The translations under genes were made by a program, and so were the position numbers. Below the pieces are notes generated by a model. It searched no databases and was not told the origin of the DNA. It was given only the letters and a program-made list of their open reading frames with translations. Source: Adineta vaga (taxonomy: Eukaryota; Animalia; Rotifera). Taken from it: a DNA stretch of 64,000 nucleotides. The stretch covers positions 4,774,001 to 4,838,000 of the forward strand of contig CP075496.1 of the NCBI GenBank assembly GCA_021613535.1, in the 5' to 3' direction. Positions 13,529-26,726 of this stretch are shown here, piece by piece. Every line of letters starts with the position of its first letter. Position 1 is the stretch's first letter.

Positions 13529-16115
13529 CTTTCTTTTATTATTATTAGTGAGAAACAGAAAAGGATTGCTTACTGATTTTGTTATATAAATTTAACAGGT
13601 GTTTAGATTCTCATCAAATAATGAATCATATTTCAATGTATACTCGATTTGCGGAGTAAAAAACTAATTTTTTCTACCTCAGAAAAGAGAAGAAAATGAC
13701 TCAAACAAGAAATATCTGATAAAGATATGAATATCTTACGCACGTATGCGAACAATCGAGTGTTGACAAATTTTGTAAAAATTAATGAAACCTTTTTTGT
13801 ATAAGTCTTAGTAAATATCTCGTTGATTCCACTTTACTGAGAATGTGAAGTGATAATAATCGTAATGAGCTTTCATAAACTATATATTCGTTATGTCCTA
13901 TATTTAAGAAAATAAAAACATTGATTTTCTTCTTTCACTTTTCTTACATCATGATTTAATATGAAATCTGTGCACATAATTCAGATATAAAACTTATGTT
14001 TGTTCTTCATATCTTTATCATAATCAAAGATTGCTATATAATTGCATGTAATTTCCGTATCACATCGATCGCTGTCCAAGTGTCCATAGACACAACAACC
14101 ATTCACATTTAACTCAATTTTCCCCAACTTTCCAACGAACAATTAACTTTCATTCAGCTCAACATGATCTTTCTCTTCATTGCATTATTTGTATGAAATG
14201 CTTAAATTCTGTTATACGAAAAAAAAAAGGTCAACTGACACCACAGGACAGGAAATGAAATCGAATCCTAACAATATCCTATATTCTACTTCTTCTTTCT
14301 CTTCTTATTTACATCTGTTTCTCGTTTACAATCAAATGATGTGCGAGAAAAAAACATATTTAGCTGAGAATATAGTCATATCACCGTTCTAGTCGAAAAT
14401 ATATTCTATTTGAACAATCTATGTTGAGATAATTTTTTGTCCAAAATCGATGTCATATTAACAGACCGATGTAGAGAAAAACAACAAAAGATCTCACACA
14501 TATCAGTGAATTATAAGGGCTCTCAACTATATCATCAAAATCAACCCGTAAAAACAAATTGCGTTTGATGAATACTAAAGCAGTAAAATTGATAATTGCC
14601 TGTCAGATTAGATTCACAAATAGACGCAATCAATAATCATACAATGTTCATTCATTTAGATTCCAAATCGAGAAATAAAATCCTCAAATTTATTTATTTA
14701 TTTATTTATTCTTAAGTCGACTTCATTAAACATCGATCTATCAGACGGTAAAATATACATATCTATTTCTTATATACACGTGCATTCATTCCCGCATCCT
14801 TTTAAAAGATATGTACTTCAATCAATTCAAACTGCTAATTTTCTTTTCGATGCACATGATATCAACTAGTCTTAACAAAACAAACAAACATCGTCAATAT
14901 TGCCGACAAGAAAAACAAAGATCGCAAACAAGAAAAGTGAATGAACCGTTGTATATGTATTTTCTTAAAACACCACATGAGATCACTTTCCAAAAAAAGT
15001 AAACTTGTTTTCTTGACAAAAAAGCGACAGCTTTCTTTTTGTTGTTTTTCTTTTCGATTTCATTTTATCATCTGGTTCAACTTATATCGATGACAAATGA
15101 TAATTAATCGTGTTCCACTTATTTTTGATTAATTGAAGAACATGTATTCATCACTTTTCTAACTTCACGGAATTATCATTTAAATATTTGTATTTGCTAC
15201 CTGAGTATAACGAAAGGTGAAAAACGTATTTTCAGTATTGCGTGAATAGTCAATCAACACCTTTACATCTGTGTCTCTTCTCTCACCTATCCTTCTCGTT
15301 CACGTCTAGCCAACTATCCAATCCATATGCGAGAAAAACAAAATGTTCATATCCAATGAATGAATTTCTATATCTCTTCTCTTTTCCTCTCTTGCGCTAA
15401 GAGGATATCCATTCACTTGTATCGTAATTCAATTTATTTTGATATCGACGCATCCCTCTGTTTGGTTCTTAATAATACTAATCAGTCTAAGGCAACAGGT
15501 ATGTTTTTCGTAATACAATTCTTTCTCAAAAGCTTATTTAATGATTAAGTTTGAGGACTATTCTTAATCTTTTAGAACATACATAGATTCAAACGAGATT
15601 TCTTTCATGAATTAATTTTCTTAAGCGTCTTTTGAGTAATAAAAGTTATAATTCTTTTCGAAGCGTTAATTCTTCAGCACCTTTCGGTTATTTGTCGAAC
15701 TCAATTAAAATGCGACGGTTCTTTTTTATCTTAAAGTTGTCTGCAGTTTTATTATTTTACTTTGTTGATCTATTTTATGCGGCTTACTCACCTATTCGTT
15801 CTAACTGAATAGGTGTGAGCGCACGAGCACTCATACGTTTTGTACTACGTAACTTCAAATAGTCTCATAACCGCAACACAAAAAGTTATTAACACTTATG
15901 ATTACGTCTCCTTCAAGAGAAAAGGAGAGAGAGAAGAAACGAATAGAGACGATATTACCACCTGATAAGAAGTCGTCATTTCTATGATGCCTCATCGATA
16001 ATGACAGTAAATTTTCACTTTGATTACGTATGTGTGTGCGTCTATTGAATAATTACATTCGATATCGATGAAAAAAATCCTTCTATATTATATAATTTCG
16101 ATAATTTTTTTCAGA

Positions 16116-17155
16116 ATGAATTCACTTGCTTCAATTGTATACACTTCGACATCAGCAACAGGAACAACAAAAAAACGGAAAAATCTTTCGTTACAGCCTT
16201 CATTAAAACCTATGACAACACTTGATTCAAAATCATCAACAAAATGTAAAGTTAGTGGCATGTTATTTCGTTCATCAACACCTAAAACATCTTTAACAGC
16301 AGCAGGTAGGCATGCATAAATTGTCATTGAATATATAATTGATTATGAAACGTTTCTTTTGATTGTCATTCGTTCGTTAGAATATATTAACTAAAAGATG
16401 AGTCGTCAATATCACAGTTTTATGTTAAATGTAAATCAATAAGAAACCAAACCTACCGACAGGATATCCTATATTCAAGTGTATGCAATCACAGCTTCAT
16501 TTTACTAAATAACAATCGTCGCCTGCAATTGAGAAAGCTGAGAGAAGCATTTGATTGTCAAAAAGAAACGAAAACGTACTTCACTTTTCGTCTAATTGGA
16601 TAAAGTTTTTGTCTCGTCTTCTAGACGAAAAGATACTTTTGATTGACTTTTGTTTACAAATTGTCGATTATTTATCTGTCGGCTTGTTCTTTTTTGAAGT
16701 GATGATACAATAATAATACGCCCTTTTTTCCTTCTACACTTCAAATTGATCGTTTATGTTTAAGGCGTCGGAAAAACACAAATAAAAACATACATTAACT
16801 TTCGGATTTATTTCAAATCGTTTCCGATCTTTTCTTTTTTGAAAAATAAAACAATTATCTCCTTTTAGTTCATCCAATCTCCACATCATCTTATTCTTCA
16901 ACGAATTCTCCTCGAAGTCCACGTTGTTCAACACCGATTTTTGCAAAACAAAGACGAACACGACCATTTATTGCTTGTGAGCTATGTCGACAACGTGCGT
17001 TTGCATCAATCGATGAAAATAAAACCGAACAAAAACATGTTTCATATCATCACACGACGACAACAACAACATTAGTTCGTTATCAAAATCAAACAAGTTT
17101 GAAAGTTCGTCGTAGACGTTCATCAATTGAACAATTACTTGTTTGGATTGTTTAA
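16116..17155 (+). CDS. Small basic Ser/Thr-rich orphan protein (2 coding exons, ~160 aa)
   Basis: Exon 16116-16305 reads MNSLASIVYTSTS...SSTPKTSLTAA. A phase-1 intron joins it to exon 16869-17155, VHPISTSSYSSTNSPRSPRCSTPIFAKQRRTRPFIACELCRQR...RRRRSSIEQLLVWIV*. A probable non-coding first exon has its donor near 15499. Confidence 0.6.
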
Positions 17156-17937
17156 TATGATCATGAACTCATCATCTATTTGTATAATATGAACAGTAAC
17201 TCTTGGCATCCTTTTCTCTGTGTATGTGTATGTATATAGATATATGTACGGTGTTCCGTTAGATTTTGTGTATCCTGTTTTGTTTATTAATAAAATACAA
17301 AGATCTTGAGATTTTGATTTTGATTATTTGTTACGGACGTTCGATTGTCAAATGATTAATTGTTTGTAGCTGCTAATGAATAAGCATTATTTATGATGTA
17401 AGAATGATTAAATCGCTTTCTTCATAGAACGTTCAGATATGTATGTGTAGTGTAGACACTGTTTACTTCTATTTGTAGATGAACAAAATCATTGTTTTTA
17501 TCTTTCAAACCTGTTGCACATAATAAAGTGACGCGAAGTTCTTCTGACCATTGCTGGAATGTAAGGCTATCTAGAAAAGTTCGTTTTTCATATCTAATTC
17601 ATGATAGATGTCACCAAGATGCAACACAGTTTTTTAAACTTTCCAAATACTTATTCTTCTGAAGATTTAATGCTATTAGAACAATGAAGCCTTCTTCTAA
17701 CTCTCGAATAATTATTGTTCAGTACATAAAAACATTGTTCATCTACACTAATATCTTCATGCAAACCAATTATATTCATAGAAAATAATTCTTTTGTTTC
17801 TTTCTCTGTCGATATAGAAAAACGAACGAAGGCCCATCAATATCATATCAAATCAAATCAAACAATAAAATTACCTTGAAATATCTATTCACATTCTACC
17901 TCATCTTAATCTCTCTTCTCATAAGTCTTTTTCTATT

Positions 17938-20426
17938 ATGGATGCAAATTATCTGACATCAATATTGAATTGTACTGAGCAATGTTGTAAACTGCTTTTA
18001 TGTACATCATGGTACGTAAAGTAGATTTATTACAAACAAAGTTTCAAATTTGTCTTTATTATTTTAGTAATACACTTCCAAGAGAAATTGTAACAATTAA
18101 TGGTCAAGAATCAATAGTTTGTCTGTAAGTATATCGAATAGATTTTAAAATTTAATCCGACTCTTATCGTTTCATAAAGTATATGTGCAGAAAAACAATA
18201 TTCCAGTGGAAAAATTCCTTATCTATCATTAATTCAATCGAATATAAAATGTAATAAAGTATTAGCATTACTGAATCGAACATTTCGTACATTATATGAT
18301 CTAAGTATGTATTTTCTTTTCTCAATACACATCGATTTTCTTCATTCATTATTGTAGGTGATTCACCGAATGAACCGAAAGAACATATTGAACAAAAAAA
18401 AGAAGCAATAAAAGAAGGTGTATTAACATGTTTAAATTTATTACGATCAACTATTCGTGAAACGAATCAAATTGCACCGACCAATGAAACAAAAAAGAAG
18501 ATTATAATCAAGAAAAAGAACTTGAATGTTCTTCATGATCAGAGTGATGATGATAATGATCATGAGAAAGAAAATCAATCGACAACGCCTGAAATCGAAG
18601 AGAATACTATGCGACGTAAAACTGTACGCGGTTCGAATACATCGAAACGATCAGTTAGTATTAAAACACCAGATAATGAATCACCACCTAAACGAACAAA
18701 GACAATCGAAGCTATTGATGTACCATTACCAGTTATTAGTCCAACTGTAGTGAAAAAAGCAACTCCTATTCGAAAAAAATTAAGTAATGATGGCGAAGAG
18801 AAACAAACGAAATCACTTCGTTTAACACGAAAAGTACAACAGACAACAGATGAATTAAAACCAATTGAAACTACTAAATTAACGAAAAAAATAAAGAAAG
18901 AAGGAATCAATATCGAAGAAGAAGAAGAAGAGGAAGTGAATGTATGAAGTGATTTATTTTCAGTATTGAAGCATAACTATTGATTACTTTTTTTTAGGAA
19001 AAACCTACGGCAAATCGTAAGAAAACCATTTTATCGAATAAATCTTCCACTGATGTACGTAACGATAAAGGCGAATCATTGTTACATCAAGCAGTCAAGA
19101 AAGGTGATATAAATCGTGTTAAACAATTGATCGATGAAGGATATTCAGTTAATATAATTGATCATAATTCATGGACACCATTACATGAGGTAATATTATT
19201 TGTATTCTTTCCTATACAATAATTATTGTTTCTATTTTTAGGCAAGTTCTATGGGTGATATTCCATTAATGAAATTACTACTTGCCAATAATGCGAATAT
19301 TAATGTTCAAGGTGGTAGTGAACGAATAACTGTTTTACATGAAGCACTTTTAAATGATGATGTAAATGAAACACTGATTAAATTCTTACTTGAAAATGGT
19401 GCTGATCCACATATAAAGTATGTCTGAATTTGTTTTCGGAAAACGTTTCATACTATCGTTGAATTTTTATAGAAATAAAGATGGCAAAAGCGCCATGGAT
19501 CTTGCAACAGATCTGAAACTTTTATCTTTATTCGAAAAAACTCAATGTATAAAACCGTCGCATAATGATGTACCTTCAGCTCCACCTCCAAGACGTCGAG
19601 CTCGAACAACATCTGCAACAAATATTCTCTTTTTTACTGGTTTTGATAAAGCACGGAAAGAATCATTAATGAAATCTGTACAAACAATATTTGGTCGTAA
19701 ATGCGTAACTACAGCACGAAATGTTGAAAATAATGGTTTGAATCAATAGGATTTCTCTTATTAACATTTCGTACTTGATTTTGTTTTAGTAACACATATT
19801 ATCGCTTGTGGTGAACAGGATAATATTGCCTTTCGAACGATTAATTATCTTCGTGGAATTGTTCTCGGAAAATGGATTGTTTCAGAAAAATGTAAAACGA
19901 AAATATGAATTTTCTTGATTAATGATTTATTTTGGAATTATTTAGGGATTGAACAATGTATTCAACAAAAACAATGGATTCATGAGAATGAATATGAAAT
20001 TCTTGGTTCACAATTAGAACCGAGTTCCAATGGATCACATATTAGTCGATTAAAACATGAACAGAATGTAATCATTTTATTGATATTAATCATTGAATAA
20101 TTTTGTTTTGTGTTCTCTAGGAAAGTCTTCTTTTCGATAAATGTCAATTTTATCTTTATGGTCAATTTCATACCTATAAAAAAGAAGATATAACTGATTT
20201 AATTAAAATTTCCAATGCAACTCTACTTAAACGTGAACCAAAATTACATCGAATCGATAGTGATAACGAGCTCAATATGGGCAATCAACCATTGATCACT
20301 TATATTATCTACGAAACAACAATTCCGGATGTTCTTCTTGACAATAATCGTATCAAACATATAAAACTACTTGATTTTTTGGCTTGTATAGATTATTATG
20401 AAACTCATGGACGATTAGATAATTAA
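17938..20426 (+). CDS. BARD1: BARD1-like protein (degenerate RING, ankyrin repeats, tandem BRCT)
   Basis: RING-like N-terminus LLLCTSC...IVCLIC. Ankyrin repeats RNDKGESLLHQAVKKGD, DHNSWTPLHEA and TVLHEA. BRCT1 reads LFFTGF...THII...RTINYLRGIVLGKWIVSEKWIEQC. BRCT2 reads LLFDKCQFYLYGQF...LLKREP. RING-ANK-BRCT order is diagnostic of BARD1. Confidence 0.85.
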
Positions 20427-20661
20427 ATGCAATAATGTCTCTATTTTTTTATTTGTAGATATATAAATTTATCTAATAAAATGATATCTATCACGAAATC
20501 TTCTTCCGATACGATTTCATCTCTCTATGTTACTAACAAAATAAAATCCAACGATAAGAGAGTATTGAGTGACTGATATGGAATAAGATGTTTAGTTTTC
20601 ATCAAATTGACAAGTTCATTTTAGATGATCAAATAGTTCTCTATATAAAAACGAAAATAGA

Positions 20662-22217
20662 ATGTCGGATGAAACCAACTCAACAATGGTTACAGTTGAC
20701 AATGAGAAAGTAGATTTAAACATAGAAGACAATCATCAACCGACGGTAACATCGGTAACAAATGACTTAAATCATTCCAATGGAATACATCAAAGCGAAC
20801 AGTTACAACAACATATTAGATCACTTGAAAATTCATCGGATAATAGCGAACAACCAACTGATTGTAAAAAGGAGTTGGAGCCAGATTTTCTTCGAAAGAT
20901 TTTTATTGGAGGACTTTCTTATAAGGCTTCCGAAGAAACATGTAAAGCTTATTTTTCACAATATGGCGATGTATTGGTAAGTAATGATTACATCGATTTA
21001 GATACCAAAAATTAGTTGAAGATTTTGATTTTACTATCGGAAAAAGACGTCATCATAGAGAAACAAAAAATATGGTTCACTCTATTTTTCTCATAGGATC
21101 TTGTTATAATGCGTGATCGAGATGGTCGACCTCGAGGTAGAGAATTAGCTTGTTGAATTTTTATGAAGAAAAAGTCTTTTATTTTTACTAAATTAGGTTT
21201 TGGCTTTGTTACTTATAAGTCATCATCAATGGTCGATCGTTTTATGGCCGCTCGTCCTCATGTGATTGATTCACGCGAAATTGAACCAAAACGAGCCGTA
21301 CCAAAAGCAAATCATGATAAAGTGGAATCATCATTAAATTCAAAGAAATTATTTGTTGGTGGTATTCGAAACGAAACAATTAGTGAACATGATCTTAATG
21401 AATACTTTGCCAAAGTATATTATGAAACACGTATTAAATTCAACCCATAGTTTTTTCTCTTTCTATTCTAGTATGGAAATATTATTGATGCTGTACTGAT
21501 GAAAACAAATGAGGGAAGATCACGTGGTTTCGGATTTGTTGAATTCGACGAGTAAGATTTCTTGTCTCACAGATTGAATATATATGTTCTTTGTCATTTC
21601 GAAAGTTATGATCCTGTAGATAAGATTGTTCTAGAAAAAACACATATTCTCAAAGGAAATACTCTTAATGTTCAGAAAGCATTACCTAAAGCACAGACAA
21701 AACGTTTTGGCATGTCTACAACAAACAAAGGTGATCAAAACGGAAGATATAGTGGTAATAACCATATTCAACCATCAAGAACGAGTAGAGAACAAGGTTC
21801 TATGACTGGTAGATACAATTTTGGTGGAACTAGCTATCGATCTGATAATGGTTTTAATGATAATAATGGTAGAAAAGCTTATAATAACCGATCTACACCC
21901 TATAGCAATAATTGGAATCATGGTGGTGGTAGTGGTAATAGTATGACAGGATTTAGCAATTCAGCATTTATGAACAGAAATGAAAGAGAATATGAAATTA
22001 ATGAATCATCTTTTAGTGGCTTTGATAATCGTAAATAATCAACTTAATATGAATTTTCTCTCTGTATTCATATATTCCTTGTTGTTTAGTTTTTGGAGCT
22101 TTTGCTGGACCGTCTCATGTTGACTTTGGTCAAAATTACGGATCAACATTTGGTGGTGGTCCATTGCGCCGTGAAGGTAGAGCCTACAATCCTGGTGGTT
22201 ATTATGGTCGTAATTGA
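20662..22217 (+). CDS. hnRNP A/B-like RNA-binding protein (2 RRMs + Gly/Asn-rich low-complexity tail)
   Basis: RRM1 has RKIFIGGLSY and RGFGFVTY. RRM2 has KKLFVGGI and RGFGFVEFD, then YDPVDKIVL. The G/N/Y-rich tail ends FGGGPLRREGRAYNPGGYYGRN*. Confidence 0.88.
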
Positions 22218-24535
22218 AACCATGTTCAAAACAATACAACAGTTACTACTTCTATTTATATTTTATTCTATATCCTTGTATATGCAACAAACAACAGTTG
22301 ATCGACAATTGATTTCTCATTTTTTGTCTTTCAACCATACATTCATATTTAAGTATGATTATCATTTTTAAAATATTTTAAGTTCTATACTTGTTGACAA
22401 AAATCTCTTGGTTATTTTCTTTTCTTTTTCCTCTTTTCAAATCTCAATTGTCTTTTGTTGTTTTCATTTGTTGTTGTTATCAATATCGATGTCACTTTTT
22501 TGGACAAAATAAATTTGTGTTAGGAGTGATTTACAACATATAGAACAATGAAGATTCATTGGTTTTTTCGAAATATTTTTTTACCCAAATCAATAAGATA
22601 ATGACAACAAACATGAAAAAGAAGAAGAAAAAAAGCTTTGCATGAGTAAATAATAAACACACATACACATAAACAACAGCGCCGATTTTGTATATATGTA
22701 TTATCACTGTTGTGGACCTCGCGCTGTTCATCGTCAGATTTGAGAAGAAAAGACAAGTTCCACGCACAAACATGTAAAATGAACGAAAAGAAGGAATAAG
22801 GATCCCATAGAAAGATTAAATGAACACAAAAATTCTACGATAAGATTTATCATTATGATAGAATGTTGATAAGAAGAAAAACATTTTTTTTTGTACAAAT
22901 TTAATGATTGATGATCAATATTTGTAGACGACTGTTGTTACCATTATTTATCTTGATCAGGTGATAAGATGATAGTTAGCCAATATTGAACATGATAGTG
23001 TGAGTCGTTGTTTGGCTAGAAAACAAATAAGTCTAGAAATATTGTGTTTCTTAAAAATTTCTTTATAGACATTGATCAAATCCTTCAATTCTACTGAAAA
23101 TGAAAAACTCTCCGTACACATACAATTGTATGAATAATCATTCGAGAAAAGTAATTTCATTTAAAATACCTTTGATCTTGATCAAATGAATAACATTGTT
23201 TGTTGAATTTCTTTGATATTCATTATTCATCACTATCCTCGAAGACCGATCCATACAGGACATAACCAATTTCCTAGCTTCTATACATCTACCTACTTCA
23301 CCATGAACTACATAACGAACGACTGACCAGCTTGTCTTGTCGGCGTTATTCTCTTTCTTTCCTTCTTTCTTTCTTTTTCTTTTTTTTGTATTACTCAAAA
23401 ATCTCTCTTTTTCTCTCGTTCTCGTTCACTTGTATCGATGTCTGGCCTATGTAAACGCAAGAGAATGACCGAGCATTGGTTGTTGGTCAATTGATGAAGA
23501 ATTATCAAATAAGACTATCGAAGAAAAAGAAAAAGAGAAGAACTAAATATACATAAGAAATGACTGACTACCCAGTGTTGATGGTTTGTCGATGTGCACA
23601 TGAACGAGTGCACATCTGTCTAGACAGACCGCTCTTCTAACCTATTTAGTAGTTGTCGCTATTGTGAAAAGGACTGATAGGGCTACTAATGAATGTGTAT
23701 GCATACACACATATACCTCCAGTGGAAATATATAGAAAGGAATGAAAACAAAACAAAAATGATCAGCTCAATAGAGAAATAATACAAACTTCTATTATCG
23801 ACAATTAAGAATACGTCAATCTGTTATTAGTCTATTGGGATAAAGTTAAAAGAGATCAATCCACATAGAAAAGCCAGACAAGCATATCATGTGTATACAG
23901 TATTTTTCATCTCGAAATCATCATCAGAAAAACTTGCATTACATTAAACTATATGAATTATTCATTTGAAATATTGTAAAAAGACTTGATGGATGAGAGT
24001 ATGTATATGATCTATTAATCAAAGCTATGGAATGTGATGTGATAGAAAGAAAGTCATCTGTATTTTTTGATGTTTACTCGAGCGAAAAGTCAATTAATAT
24101 TCATTTAATCGTTCATGTACTAGATTTCACATTTCGCTACGAATTGATCGAGAATTAACAAAAGAATATCTCACTGATCACACCCACTACTAGTTATTCC
24201 ATCAAAAAATTGAGTGGGCAAGATTTCATTCGGAACTCGATATCGAACTGAACAAACAAATGATAATTACATGAACACTTTGTATTATGGCTCAATTTCG
24301 TATGACATTTCACATCAGCATAAAACTCATTGACATTTCGTTTGTTTTCATTTGATTATACAGAAAGAAAACTCTCGATATCTATTGGCGACCTCTACGA
24401 TAGATTTGATTCGATAATTCATTTTCAGATAAAGTCATTCAGTCATCATCCAACACACGTGCTGTTTTGTTTTTTCTTTATTCTATAAAACGACCAGATT
24501 TAAATAGATTTATCATTGAAAAAAAAAGAACAAGA

Positions 24536-26502
24536 ATGCTTGAAGTTGAAATAACACAACAACGTTCTATTCATACAACAAAATGGGAAATTGTTCTCGG
24601 TATGTAGATTTTTATTGATTCATCATATGGTACAGTTTTTTCTTTATTATCATTCTATCTTTTCAGGCATGTCTTTATATCAAGTAATTAAGTTACTTAA
24701 ACAAAATGATGATCAGATTAAATCAGTTACATTGGTTTATAATGATAAAGTAAATATCACTTGTAAAAAACAAAGTCCAGTTTATTATTAAAATAAATTT
24801 CTTGTTTTAGGATCCATTAAGTGCTGATTATACACTTAATTTATCGAACGATAGTATTTTACTTCATTTTGATTCAGTTACTCAACGATTAAAAGTAAAG
24901 AGAAAGAGAAAGAGAAAAGATTGCGTTTTATGAACTATGATGTTGTTTGTTTTTGAATAGCTTATTGAATTATATGATTTGAAAAAAGTGAAGTTGAAAT
25001 ATTTGTAAGTCATAGATAATGAATAAGTTATTTCAACAAATCTAATATGAAATGTTCTTTAGTGGCAATTGTTTTAACAGTCCTCAAATTGTGCCAACAA
25101 TTGAGAATATCAATGAAATATTTGGACCAACAAGACCCGGTGGTAAATAGAAAAGTTGATTTATTTCTTTCAGTTTGAATTGATTTGTATTTGATAAAAT
25201 AGATTATAATCGTGAAAGTCAATCATTTCTGATGCATTTTCCTGGTTTAACATTCTTTTTCAACCAAATCGGAGCACAAGTTGAAGTATTTTGATTTCAA
25301 TCTTATTCATCTTAAAACAAAATATTAATTCTTTCTTTTCTTGTAGGCAAAAGCCATGCATGGTCTTCATTCATTACAATTTCCTCCGGGTCAATCACCT
25401 ATTGTTTCAAAAATATATATCTATTATGGAAATGTTCCACTCGAATTTAGGTTGGTTAATCAATATAAAGATTTTCGATAGGAGAATGTTTTGTTTTGCA
25501 CAATCTATTTTAGTGTTCCACCATTACCTGTGAATTGTTTCAATCGATCGGTCTTTCTCGATAGATTGTCAAATCTTGTAGAAAATCAAAAAACAATCGG
25601 TTTAACATGTCGATTAATGGTTGAAGGTATGTAAAATAAAGTCTAATCATAGAAGTTCCATTTAGAAACTGATCACGTCTAAACCTTCAATATTTTTATT
25701 CAGGTCATGCACCGAAAACGTACGATCCCGATGATCATATTGACTATCTTGATGCAACTGTTCATTTTGACGATACTTGTCAAGTAAAATCGATAAACAA
25801 TATTCGATCAAAAACACATTCGTCTTTTCTTTTTCAGGACGTTCTTTCAGTTATCGGTAGTCCCAATAGTGTCTATTATAAGACTGATGATAAAATAAAA
25901 ATTCACAATCCATCACCAACGAGTGCTTCGAGTCAACGTTCACAAGACAAATCCGATTTTTATTATAATTATGTTAATTTTGGCATGGTAAATATAGATT
26001 AGGAATTTAAGATTCAATGAGAAAAAAATTTGATTTGTTCTTCTTTAGGATATTTTATTCGATGGACAAAGTCATACAGTGAAGAAATTTATTTTACACA
26101 CAAATTTTCCTTGTCATTATCTTTTTGATAGGTAAAAAGCACAAAAATCTTTCATATATATTATTAAACGTTTACTTTTCAGTTATTTTCCGTGCAATTT
26201 CGAATTAACTGTACGAAATCATATCACAGGGAAAGAAATCACAGTCAATTCATCAACTCGAGTAAGAAATACATTTCTTTTGTTGATTCTCAATAATTAT
26301 CATATTAATTTTTTAGTGGCCAGCTATACAAGAAATCTTTGAAGATCGTCATCCACCTGCTATTCTTCATCGTTCATCATCAACAAATACAACAAATCCA
26401 TTTGGACCAACATTTTGTCATCTCGTCAATGATGATATGATCTTTGAAGTCATGTCAAATGGTTATATTGCTTCAATCAGTTTTTTTAATGAACGAGATT
26501 AA
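24536..26502 (+). CDS. PHAF1: PHAF1 / C16orf70 (UPF0183) homolog, many small exons
   Basis: The N-terminus reads MLEVEITQQRSIHTTKWEIVLGMSLYQVI...DPLSADYTLNLSNDSILLHFDSVTQRLKLIE. Later family motifs are FGPTRPG, VFYKTDDKIKIH, VKKFILHTNFPCH, LHRSSSTNTTNPFGPTFC and IFEVMSNGYIAS. Confidence 0.88.
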
Positions 26503-26726
26503 TCTTTGGATTTTGTACTACCGTATCATTTCTTTTCTCCCTTTATCATTTTGTATCAAGTGTATATATAATGATACTTCTGTTTATTAACCATGCGTCT
26601 ACACATACTTATATCTATCTATTTTTTTTCGCGTTCTTTATCATTGTATTCAGATGTAAATATGATTAGAGAAACTAAAAAAAGAAACAAAGACAACACC
26701 AAAAAAATTACAATGTTCTTTTTCAG

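Noticed and set aside
15782-15820. Short hairpin cacctattc...gaataggtg
   Set aside because: At about 39 nt it is too short for a pre-miRNA and has no recognisable ncRNA motif.
17555-17580. TGGAATGTAAGG, a miR-1/206-like 5' end
   Set aside because: There is no complementary arm upstream and the 3' half does not match.
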